Source of the DNA: Hyalangium minutum
Lineage (GTDB): Bacteria > Myxococcota > Myxococcia > Myxococcales > Myxococcaceae
Reading direction: 5' to 3'
Assembly: GCF_000737315.1 (NCBI RefSeq)
Contig: NZ_JMCB01000002.1
Location: 670,718 to 734,717, forward strand
DNA: 64,000 nucleotides
The notes beneath the pieces are model-generated. The model ran no database searches. It had not been told where the DNA came from and worked only from the letters and a program-made list of their open reading frames with translations. Made by a program: the position numbers and the translations under genes. Positions 19,770-30,120 of this stretch are shown piece by piece; the stretch's first letter is position 1; every line of letters starts with the position of its first letter.

Positions 19770-20258
19770 TCAGCTGAGCTTCGCCAGGATGTCGTCGAGC
19801 TTCGCCTTCGTGAGGCTCTCGTGATGCTCTTCATTGATCTGCAGGCAGGGTGCGGTGCCGCACGAGGCCAGGCACTCCGTCTCCCGCAGGGTGAACTTCT
19901 CGTTGGCCTCGCCCGCCGTCAGCCCGAGCTTCTCTTCCAGGTAGGCGAGCATCTTCTCCGCGCCCCAGAGCGCGCAGGAGAGGTTGGTGCACACGTCGAT
20001 GACGTACTTCCCGGGCGGCTTCAGGTGGTACATCACGTAGAAGCTGGCGACCTCATAGGCGCGCTCCGGCGTGACTTCCAGGTGCTTGGCCACCAACCGC
20101 ATGCCCTCGGGGGGCAGCCAGCCCTTCAGATCCTGCAGCAGCCGCAGGGCGGGCAGCATGCCTGCACTCTTACGATCCGGAGGGTAATGGGAGAGGATTT
20201 CCGCGATCCCCGCGTCGAATTTCTTCTGCTCTTCAGAGGTGAACAGGGGCTCCGCCAT
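19770..20258 (-). CDS. nuoE: NADH-quinone oxidoreductase subunit E
   Basis: 2Fe-2S ligands CTNLSC...CLASC; EVASFYVMY; start taken at ATG 20258. Confidence 0.94.
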   Translation of the reverse strand: MAEPLFTSEEQKKFDAGIAEILSHYPPDRKSAGMLPALRLLQDLKGWLPPEGMRLVAKHLEVTPERAYEVASFYVMYHLKPPGKYVIDVCTNLSCALWGAEKMLAYLEEKLGLTAGEANEKFTLRETECLASCGTAPCLQINEEHHESLTKAKLDDILAKLS

Positions 20259-20502
20259 GGCGGGCGCTTCGTAAGGCCCCGGTGGCAGGGTTGTCAACAT
20301 AAACCCTCGAAGTTCCTTGGGACAGCCATCAGCCAATCGCGCAGCGATTTCAAGCGCTTGTGATGGGCCCGTCCGGAAGGCCGCCCCGGGCCACTGGATC
20401 AGCGCCGGGACCCGGGCCGAGGGCCGGGCGAGCGTTCACGGCGAGTAGGAGTCTGGAGGCACTTTCTTTTCCGAGGCCCCCGGATCCGGTACAAGTCGGC
20501 GC

Positions 20503-20967
20503 TTGGGTGACAACTTGAGTGCGGCGGGACCTCACAGCGGCGGAACGCTTCCCACGGGCATCGATCCCGAGGGCTACCGTGTGCTCATCGTCGAGGACAA
20601 CCCGCACATCATCGAGATGTACGCCTACGTCCTGAAGAAGCTGGCGAGCGGGGAGCTGGCGGGCAAAGTGCCTCTAGAGGTGCACTTCGCCCCGGACGGG
20701 CACCACGCCTTGGCTCTGCTGCACGAGCAGCGCTTCAGCCTGGTGATGACGGACCTCTATATGCCCGTCATGGACGGCTTCGCCCTGGTGGAGCGCATCC
20801 GCGAGGAAGAGAATCTGCGCAACATCCCCATCATCGCCATCTCCGCCGGCGGCAAGGAGGCCCAGGACCGGGCCATGCAGCTGGGGGTGGACATCTTCCT
20901 GCGCAAGCCGGTGCGCTTCGTGGAAGTCCTGGAGACGGTGAAGCAACTCTTGCATATCGGGAAGTAG
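20503..20967 (+). CDS. Single-domain response regulator (start uncertain)
   Basis: VLIVEDN, MTDLYMP, ISA and RKP receiver motifs. Confidence 0.88.
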   Translation: MGDNLSAAGPHSGGTLPTGIDPEGYRVLIVEDNPHIIEMYAYVLKKLASGELAGKVPLEVHFAPDGHHALALLHEQRFSLVMTDLYMPVMDGFALVERIREEENLRNIPIIAISAGGKEAQDRAMQLGVDIFLRKPVRFVEVLETVKQLLHIGK

Positions 20968-21003
20968 CCTCCGGGCCGGGAGCCGACGTAGAGTCGCGCC
21001 CCC

Positions 21004-22473
21004 ATGCTCAAGCCCGCCGTCAACCGCGATACCGTGAGTGGCGAGGCCCTGTTCATCCTCCGCAACCTGAGGGAGAACGGGCGCCTGGGACGTTCGAACA
21101 AGCTGGCCGATGTGAAGGCCGCGCTCGAGCCGTCCGTGTCCCTCGAGTTCGACAGCTACTTCTTCTTCCTCCGCAAGTTCCACTACATCGCGATGGATCG
21201 CGAGGCCCAGCTCAAGCTCACCGACCAGGGTGAGCGGGTGGTGGACGGCGACGCGCTGGAGAAGTTCTCCACGGAGGTGGGCGAGTTCTTCGCCGATCAG
21301 ATCCTCGGCGAGGAGGAGGCCACCCAGGCCGGCGACGACCTGAGCACGTACTTGCCGCCCCCGCCTCCGGAGCCCGAGGAGGCCGAGCTGAGCCGGGCCT
21401 CGGCGCCGCCGCCCATTCCGCTGCCTCCGGCGCGGGCCTCACGCACGGCGCTGCCCACGGTGGAGCCCATCATCCCGCCCATGCCCGCCGTGGCTCCTGT
21501 GAGCGCGCCCATCACGGCGTCCATCCCCACCACTGCTCCGATTCCGTCCATCACCTCGCCGCTGTCCCCCTCCATGCCCCCTCCCGCCGCCTCTCCCGCT
21601 GCGCCGGCCGCCCCGAAGGGGATCGAGCTGGACATGCGCTACCAGAAGTTCGACCCCATCGGCTCTGGCCCGCTGGGCACGGTGTTCAAGGGCCGCTTCA
21701 ACTCGCTGGGGCTGGACATCTCCATCAAGGAGCTGAAGGACATCTTCGGCTACTTCTCCTTCCTGCAGCGCGGTGAGGTGCTCAAGCGCCTGAAGAAGGA
21801 GCTGTGCGCCCAGGCCCAGGTGCGCCACGCGGGCATCGCGCAGATCATCGATCAGAACGTGGACTCGGCGCGGCCCTACTTCGTGGTGGAGCTGCTGCGC
21901 GGCAGCCTCAAGGAGAAGCTGGAGGCGGGCGGTGGCAAGGGCGTGCCGGTGCAGCACGCGCTGCGCTGGTTCCTGCAGCTGGCCTACGGCCTGCGCGCCT
22001 CCCACAACGCGGGGCTCACGCACCACAACCTCAAGCCGGAGAACATCCTCTTCGACGGCTACGGCAACGCGAAGCTGGCGGACTTCGGCCTCGGGCGCGT
22101 CATCGAGGTGGATGCCACCAAGGGCATGCCGCAGGTCTTCATGGGCACCGGCGGCATGGTCTACATGGCCCCCGAGCTCATCCACCGCTCCAAGGACGCG
22201 GGCCCCGCGGCGGACGTGTACGGCCTGGGCATCCTCCTCTACGAGATGCTCACCGGGCAGATTCCGGGCCGCCGCTCGCCGCTGCCCTCCGAGGTGAACA
22301 CCGACGCGCCCTCGGGCCTGGACTCCATCTTCGACCGGATGACCCAGGACAAGCAGGCGCAGCGCTACCCGGACATCGATGCGATGCTCGAGGACGTCTA
22401 CAAGGCGTTCCCTGACAAGGAGTACCTGGAGAAGGGCGACCTTGTCCTCTCCTCTGAGTCGCTGGAGGGCTGA
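21004..22473 (+). CDS. Ser/Thr kinase-fold protein with N-terminal winged-helix-like domain and Pro-rich linker; likely pseudokinase
   Basis: GSGPLG, ISIK, HHNLKPEN (Asn replaces the catalytic Asp), DFG, YMAPE and DVYGLG. Confidence 0.88.
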   Translation: MLKPAVNRDTVSGEALFILRNLRENGRLGRSNKLADVKAALEPSVSLEFDSYFFFLRKFHYIAMDREAQLKLTDQGERVVDGDALEKFSTEVGEFFADQILGEEEATQAGDDLSTYLPPPPPEPEEAELSRASAPPPIPLPPARASRTALPTVEPIIPPMPAVAPVSAPITASIPTTAPIPSITSPLSPSMPPPAASPAAPAAPKGIELDMRYQKFDPIGSGPLGTVFKGRFNSLGLDISIKELKDIFGYFSFLQRGEVLKRLKKELCAQAQVRHAGIAQIIDQNVDSARPYFVVELLRGSLKEKLEAGGGKGVPVQHALRWFLQLAYGLRASHNAGLTHHNLKPENILFDGYGNAKLADFGLGRVIEVDATKGMPQVFMGTGGMVYMAPELIHRSKDAGPAADVYGLGILLYEMLTGQIPGRRSPLPSEVNTDAPSGLDSIFDRMTQDKQAQRYPDIDAMLEDVYKAFPDKEYLEKGDLVLSSESLEG

Positions 22474-22496
22474 GCCCTCGGACCCTCGGACTTCCG

Positions 22497-22526
22497 AGGC
22501 CCTCGCCGGAGCACCGGCGGGGGCCT
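22497..22526. terminator. Bidirectional terminator hairpin
   Basis: AGGCCCTCGCCGG-AGCA-CCGGCGGGGGCCT followed by TCTGCTTTT, between convergent genes. Confidence 0.6.
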
Positions 22527-22534
22527 TCTGCTTT

Positions 22535-23368
22535 TCAGGAGCGGATGCGCGCGGCCAGCTCGCGCTGGCTGAGGGCGTTCTTCTCCAGCAACAGCTCCAG
22601 GAGGGCGCGGAGGATCTTCGAGCTCTTCTCCTGGTTCACTCGCACCGTCTCCAGGCGCTGCAGCTCCTCGGGGGTGAAGCCCGCGGGAGCCGTGGAGCCG
22701 CCCGCCAGAATCTCATCCAGCAGGTCCGAGGCGCTGGAGCCACCGCTCGGAGCGGGGGCGGGCTCGGGGGCGGCCTGCGAGGGGGCAACCTCGGCGATGC
22801 GCTTCACCACCGTGTTGCCGCTCATGTCGACGACCTTGAACTCGTCCCCCCCCTCCTCGTCGGCGGACTCGAGCGCGCGCCGCTGGCCGCTGTAGCGCGT
22901 GCTCATGACGGGCTCCTGGCCGCGGTAGTGGCGCAGGATGGCGGCTTCAATCTCGCGGTCGCTGGCGATGACGACCACCACGCGGGCACGGGCGCGGGCG
23001 GCGACCTGATCCACGGTGTTCAGGTCCGTGGGGTCCGCCATGGCGAGCACCAGCGTCTTGCCGTTGTCCTTGATGGCGACGGGGAAGATGCCCTTCTGCT
23101 CGGCCATGGTGACATCCACCTTGGCCAGGGCGCCCGCGTCGCGGGTGAGGTTGCCCAGCGTCATGCGCTGGGTGCCGGTGGCCTGGGCAATGGCGCTGAG
23201 GACGGTCTCCTCCTTGGCGAGCCCCATGTCGGTGACGACGCGGGACAGGCGGCCTCCCCATTGGTCATGCCGGGCGAGCGCGCTGCGCAGCTGCAGCTCG
23301 TCGATGACGCGGGCCTTGACGAGGAGTTCTCCAATACGGTTGCGCGGTGGGGGCGGTGGTGCGGCCAT
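22535..23368 (-). CDS. Stand-alone MshEN/GSPII_N domain protein without ATPase
   Basis: RIGELLVKARVIDELQLRSAL...RLSRVVTDMGL; LVLAMADPTDL. Confidence 0.8.
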   Translation of the reverse strand: MAAPPPPPRNRIGELLVKARVIDELQLRSALARHDQWGGRLSRVVTDMGLAKEETVLSAIAQATGTQRMTLGNLTRDAGALAKVDVTMAEQKGIFPVAIKDNGKTLVLAMADPTDLNTVDQVAARARARVVVVIASDREIEAAILRHYRGQEPVMSTRYSGQRRALESADEEGGDEFKVVDMSGNTVVKRIAEVAPSQAAPEPAPAPSGGSSASDLLDEILAGGSTAPAGFTPEELQRLETVRVNQEKSSKILRALLELLLEKNALSQRELAARIRS

Positions 23369-23400
23369 GGCCCCAGTGTAACGTCAGGAGCGCGAGAACG

Positions 23401-23751
23401 ATGAATTCTGACTTCCGCGAGTGCTTGGCCGAGGGGGTGGCCCTGTTCAACGCTGGCCGTTGGTACGAGGCTCACGAACTCTGGGAGGAGGCCTGGAGGC
23501 GCGAATCCGGCCCTCGCCGGGCACTGCTACAGGGGCTCATCCAGGTGGCGGCGGGCTGGCTGAAGCAGACGGAAGGCCGGGCGGAGGGTGCTCGGACGCT
23601 CTTTGGGCGGGCGCTCGAGCGCCTGGAGCCCCTTCCCACCCCCTGCGAAGGGGTCGACGTGGGAGTCCTGGTGTCGCAGGTGCGCCAGTGGCGCGAGGCA
23701 GGCGCCCACGGCACCCCCGTGCTGACATTCCACCCGGTACAGGAGGCGTGA
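23401..23751 (+). CDS. DUF309 family protein
   Basis: LFNAGRWYEAHELWEEAW and QGLIQVAAG. Confidence 0.85.
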   Translation: MNSDFRECLAEGVALFNAGRWYEAHELWEEAWRRESGPRRALLQGLIQVAAGWLKQTEGRAEGARTLFGRALERLEPLPTPCEGVDVGVLVSQVRQWREAGAHGTPVLTFHPVQEA

Positions 23752-23755
23752 ATCG

Positions 23756-23950
23756 ATGCAGCCCTTCGCGGACGAGCAGGTGCAGAGCTGCCCTTACTGT
23801 GGGGAGGAGGTGGAGGTGCAGGTGGATGCGATAGGGCCGTCCTCAGAGCAGTACGTGGAAGACTGCCCGGTGTGCTGCCGGCCGTGGACGGTCTCCGTGT
23901 CCCGAGACGGGGAGGAGGTCTTCGTCAGCCTGGGGCGGGACGACGACTGA
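23756..23950 (+). CDS. CPXCG-motif cysteine-rich small protein
   Basis: CPYCGE...YVEDCPVCCRP. Confidence 0.88.
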   Translation: MQPFADEQVQSCPYCGEEVEVQVDAIGPSSEQYVEDCPVCCRPWTVSVSRDGEEVFVSLGRDDD

Positions 23951-24096
23951 GCGGCTCGCCTTGACACGTTTCAAAGCATGGTTCTCTTGAGACTAACGAA
24001 GCGCGGCTCACCGAAGAGGCGGGGGCCGCCGAGACCACAACAACAACGAGTTTTTTGAGCCGTCCGCTGTCTCAGCGAGACGAAGAGGAGAAGACC

Positions 24097-24543
24097 ATGC
24101 TGAATCGCTGGAATCCGTTCGAGTTTGGCAATGGCGCGGTGGTGACGAGTCACCTGCGGGACTTCGACCAGCTCTTCCAGGAGTTGACGGGGCAGGCCGC
24201 ACGCCAGGGCCGTGAGCTCGCGCCGCCCACCGACATCTTCGAGACCGAGGCCGGTGTCTCCCTGCAGGTGGACCTGCCAGGGCATGATCCGAAGTCCATC
24301 GAGGTGAAGGTGGAGAAGAACGTCCTGACCCTGCGCTCCGAGCGCAAGGCGGACGTGGCCCAGAAGGAGAGCGCGAAGCGTCTGGAGCGCGCCTTCGGCG
24401 TCTACACCCGCAGCTTCAAGCTGCCGGACACCGTGGACGCGAGCAAGGTGGAGGCCCGCTACGAGGCCGGCGTCCTCACGCTGACGATGCCGCGCAAGGA
24501 GGAGTCCAAGCCCCGCGTCATCGAGGTGAAGGTGCAGGGCTAA
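24097..24543 (+). CDS. Hsp20/alpha-crystallin small heat shock protein
   Basis: DLPG, ERAFGVYTRSFKLP and YEAGVLTLTMP; GAGGAG RBS before ATG 24097. Confidence 0.94.
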   Translation: MLNRWNPFEFGNGAVVTSHLRDFDQLFQELTGQAARQGRELAPPTDIFETEAGVSLQVDLPGHDPKSIEVKVEKNVLTLRSERKADVAQKESAKRLERAFGVYTRSFKLPDTVDASKVEARYEAGVLTLTMPRKEESKPRVIEVKVQG

Positions 24544-24563
24544 GCGGCAGGGGTAGGGGAGTG

Positions 24564-24679
24564 GTGGGCTCGGGGTGAGGGGCGTTTGGACGCCACACGC
24601 TCACCCTGACCCTCCCCTTTCGAGGGGAGGGTAGGCCCAGGGGAAGAGGGGCTTCGCCAGGCGGCGAGGCCCCTTTTCT
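24564..24679. repeat. Cluster of intergenic hairpins (REP-like element plus terminator)
   Basis: GGGTGAG...CTCACCC, CCTCCCC-TTTC-GAGGGGAGG and AGGGGCTTCGCC-AGGC-GGCGAGGCCCCTTTT. Confidence 0.45.
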
Positions 24680-25307
24680 ACTTCTTGGTGCCGAGCGCCA
24701 GCGGGATGCGGAACAGCTCGAGCACCTGCTGCACGTCCAGCGGCTTGGCCAGGCACGCGATGGCGCCGGCCTGCTTGGACTGCTCCACCACCTCGGGCGA
24801 GTGGTTGGACGTCATGGTGATGAGCCGCACGCTCTCCATCTGCTTGCGAGCGCGGATGCGGCGGCACACCTCGAGACCGTCGATGTCCGGCATGTTCAAG
24901 TCGATGAGCATGCCGTGGGGCTTCTGCTCGGACACGAGCAGCAGCGCCTCGACGCCGCTGCTGGTGCTCTGCAGCTCCACCTGGGCCGCGTAGGGCTTGA
25001 ACGCGCGCTTGATGGCGTCCAGCACGGGGCGCTCGTCATCCACGACCAGCAGCTTCACCGTCCCGCTGCCCAGCTCGTCAGGCACGGGCATCTGGTGGGT
25101 GATCAGGAAGGCGCGCAGGTCGGCCGAGCGCACGCGGCGGTGACCGCCAGGCGTGCGGAAGGCCATCAGGATGCCCCGGTCGATCCACTTGCTCACGGTC
25201 GACGGATCCACTTGCAGCAACCGACTGATGTCGTGGGTGGTGTACAGCTGGTCCGTCGTGCCCGACGGCAGCAACTCTTCCTTTGGCTGACCAGAACCGG
25301 TGCTCAT
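24678..25307 (-). CDS. Response regulator with N-terminal excisionase/MerR-like HTH and C-terminal receiver
   Basis: YTTHDISRLLQVDPSTVSKWID...TPGGHRR, then VVDDE, IDLNMP and AKP. Confidence 0.9.
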   Translation of the reverse strand: MSTGSGQPKEELLPSGTTDQLYTTHDISRLLQVDPSTVSKWIDRGILMAFRTPGGHRRVRSADLRAFLITHQMPVPDELGSGTVKLLVVDDERPVLDAIKRAFKPYAAQVELQSTSSGVEALLLVSEQKPHGMLIDLNMPDIDGLEVCRRIRARKQMESVRLITMTSNHSPEVVEQSKQAGAIACLAKPLDVQQVLELFRIPLALGTKK

Positions 25308-25336
25308 GGAATTAAACACCTACCTTGAAACCGAGG

Positions 25337-25917
25337 TTACTTCAACCCAACCCGACTGCTTTTCGACTCCGACCGTTTCATCAAACCTACCACGTCTTCC
25401 CACCGACCACTCGCCTTCAGACACAGCTCGACCAGTTCCCGTGCGGCTCCATGGCCTCCGCGGCTCTGGGCCACGAAGTGTGCTTCCTGCCGCACCTCCA
25501 CCACGGCATCGGCCGGACAGGCCGACAATCCTACCCGTGACATAGGACCCAGGTCATTCAGGTCGTCCCCCATATAAGCACAGGACTCAGCGGGTATGGA
25601 GAACTGGCTGAGCAGTTCGTCCAGAGCGGGCCCTTTTTCCTTCTTTCCCTGGAGAATAGCTGCCAGCCCCAGCTCTCGCCCACGAACATCGACAATGGAG
25701 GAAGTCCGGGCAGTCAGGATGGCGGCCGGGAGGCCTACCAGGCGGGCCATGACGAGGGCGTGGCCATCCTTCACGTCGAAGCGCTTCATCAGCTCGCCGT
25801 CGCTGCCGTAGTAGAGGCCGCCGTCGGTGAGCACGCCGTCACAGTCGAACACGAGCAGCCGCACCCGGGCGGCCCGGGCGTTCAGCTCCTCCTTGGTCGG
25901 CTTGGGAAGCGCCTCGA

Positions 25918-25921
<4 letters not shown>
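25337..25921 (-). CDS. kdsC: 3-deoxy-D-manno-octulosonate 8-phosphate phosphatase
   Basis: HAD motif FDCDGVLTDG, FDVKDG, YMGDDLND and GGHGAARE. Confidence 0.93.
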
Positions 25922-28412
<2,491 letters not shown>

Positions 28413-28463
28413 TCAATGATTCTGTGGAGCCCGGCAGGGTTGGCGTGCGTCTGAACGGACGGC

Positions 28464-28697
28464 TCAGGTGCCGTCCTGACCCTTGGGGCGGGAGTGGGCG
28501 TAGTCGCGGGCCTCGGGCTCGCCGACGCGGAAGTCGCGCAACGGACAGTGACGGCAGGTCCACCCGTCCCAGGCGCGCTTCACGGCCAGGTGCAGGCAGC
28601 GGTCGTAGTGGAAACAGAAGAGGTTGCGTTGGGCCTCCACCGCTCCCTCTTCACGGATGGCCGAGGGCAAGGGGGTGGGGCAGGGTGTGATCGGCAC
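28464..28697 (-). CDS. Small Cys/His-rich hypothetical protein (77 aa), possible metal binding
   Basis: GGAG RBS then GTG at 28697; RNLFCFHYDRCL...WDGWTCRHC. Confidence 0.6.
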   Translation of the reverse strand: MPITPCPTPLPSAIREEGAVEAQRNLFCFHYDRCLHLAVKRAWDGWTCRHCPLRDFRVGEPEARDYAHSRPKGQDGT

Positions 28698-28794
28698 GGC
28701 TGGGTTCTCCAGAGAAGTCTTGAGGCTTCCCCCCCGGCTGCAAACAGGTTGAGCGCGTGCACATTCCCGAAACTGGAGTGAGGAGTGGGGACAT

Positions 28795-28857
28795 AAAAAG
28801 GCCCGCTCTCCCCGTGCGCCCCTTTCGGGTACTGCGCGCATGGGAGGGCGGGCCCTC
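28795..28857 (-). terminator. Long GAAA-capped hairpin followed by U5
   Basis: Minus strand GGCCCGC-C-CTCCC-A-TGCGC...CCC-GAAA-GGG-GCGCA-C-GGGAG-A-GCGGGCC-TTTTT. Confidence 0.7.
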
Positions 28858-28884
28858 ACTGCTGGCTCCACATCCGCCGGGTGG

Positions 28885-28947
28885 CTAGTGCGCCATGCCA
28901 GCGGAGGTGGATGCCTGACTGATGTTGGTCAAGGCATCACCTCCTTT
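28885..28947 (-). other. Perfect SD (AAAGGAGGTGAT) plus 15-codon ORF MTNISQASTSAGMAH, SD sequestered in a hairpin
   Basis: SD at 28947-28936, TTG at 28932, TAG ending at 28885; stem 28903-28944. Confidence 0.4.
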
Positions 28948-29009
28948 CGTCTGCGGCACCAGTGTTAATCAAGAGCAGGGTGCGTGCGCTAGTGCTTGAT
29001 GTGGGCAAT

Positions 29010-29868
29010 GTTGGCTGGCGCGCAGGCTGGCTGCTCTCCATCCGGCCGGGCGCATGGGCTCTGGGCGGGCGAGAGGCCCTGCACTCGGCACTCTCTTGCT
29101 CACCCTGCGCGTGAAGCTGTTCGCCCAGCGCGAGGAGATGCCGGTGGACCTCGCGCTCGGAGTTCACGTGGGCCCGTCGGTGGGCAGTGGCATGGCGCTC
29201 GCCCGGGAGCCGCGCGCCCTTCCCAGTCTCATGGTGGGCCGCCAGTTCCACCGTCTGCGCGCTGCTCTCGATGCCGGCCTTCTGTTGCGGCCTCGCACCA
29301 TCCTGAGCCCGGACAAGCACATCCAGGACGAGCTCGATCACGCGCTGCGCCTCGGCGGGACCTTGTCCACCCTGGGCTCCGGTCTGCGCGGAGAGCTGGC
29401 CCTCATGGGCTCGGTGCCCTTGTACCGGGGAGGCGCCTTCATCGAGGCTCTCGCGGGTGCACGTCTTCCCGTGAGTGCCTCGGTCGAGGCGTATGCCATG
29501 GCTGGAGAGGAGGATGCCTGTCCCCTCGTGCCGGGCATCCCCGAGATGCACGGCTGTCCCGCGCAGGACACGGTGCTCGACCACTTGGACAACTGTCCGG
29601 ATGCAGCGGGCCCTCCGGCCAACCAGGGCTGTCCAGAAGAGGAGAAGCAGCTGGTGGCCATCCAAAGAGCTCGCATCGAGATCCGCGACACGGTCCACTT
29701 CAACTTCGACAAGGCCACCATCTCGCCCGGAAAGGCGTGGCCCGCGAGTGCATGGAGGCCCGGGGCTTCGGTGAGGATCGCCCCGTCCAGACCAACGCCA
29801 CCGACGCGGGGCGCGCGGCCAACCGGCGCGTGGACTTCATGACTCGCTACACGCCCTCCGCCCCCTGA
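29010..29868 (+). pseudogene. Decayed beta-barrel/TSP3/OmpA (TraB-like) gene
   Basis: Colinear pieces homologous to 34977-36698 and the 3' part of 36887-41008; lacks start and signal, has at least three internal deletions and a frameshift before GKGVARECMEARGFGEDRP. Confidence 0.85.
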
Positions 29869-30120
29869 TGGAGCGGTAGGGTGTCATCCAGTGGAAGAGA
29901 GGGTCCGCAAGTGTAGGTGCGGTTTCCAGCCATGCTGGACGCACGCCTGCTGATCAGGGGGGCTCCAGGCCAGGACGTGGCAAGCGCACACCAGTTTCGT
30001 AGAATCTGGAAGCCTCTTCGGTTGCGTGGCTGACGGGAGTTCCTTGCTCTGTGCCAGCGTGGCTGCTACCTCCGTACAGGCCTGAAAAATTCTGCCATGC
30101 CTGACGGGGGCTGCGTTCGT

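Noticed and set aside
23955-24000. CIRCE or HAIR heat-shock operator before Hsp20
   Set aside because: Neither TTAGCACTC-N9-GAGTGCTAA nor CTTGAGT-N7-ACTCAAG is present.
28936-28947. 16S rRNA 3' end fragment (ATCACCTCCTTT)
   Set aside because: Only 12 nt match and no flanking rRNA sequence; better read as a strong SD on the minus strand.
29937-29952. Sigma54 promoter for the first adhesin (TGGACGCACGCCTGCT)
   Set aside because: GG-N10-GC spacing fits, but the -24 element is poor and it lies about 170 nt from the start; chance match is likely in GC-rich DNA.
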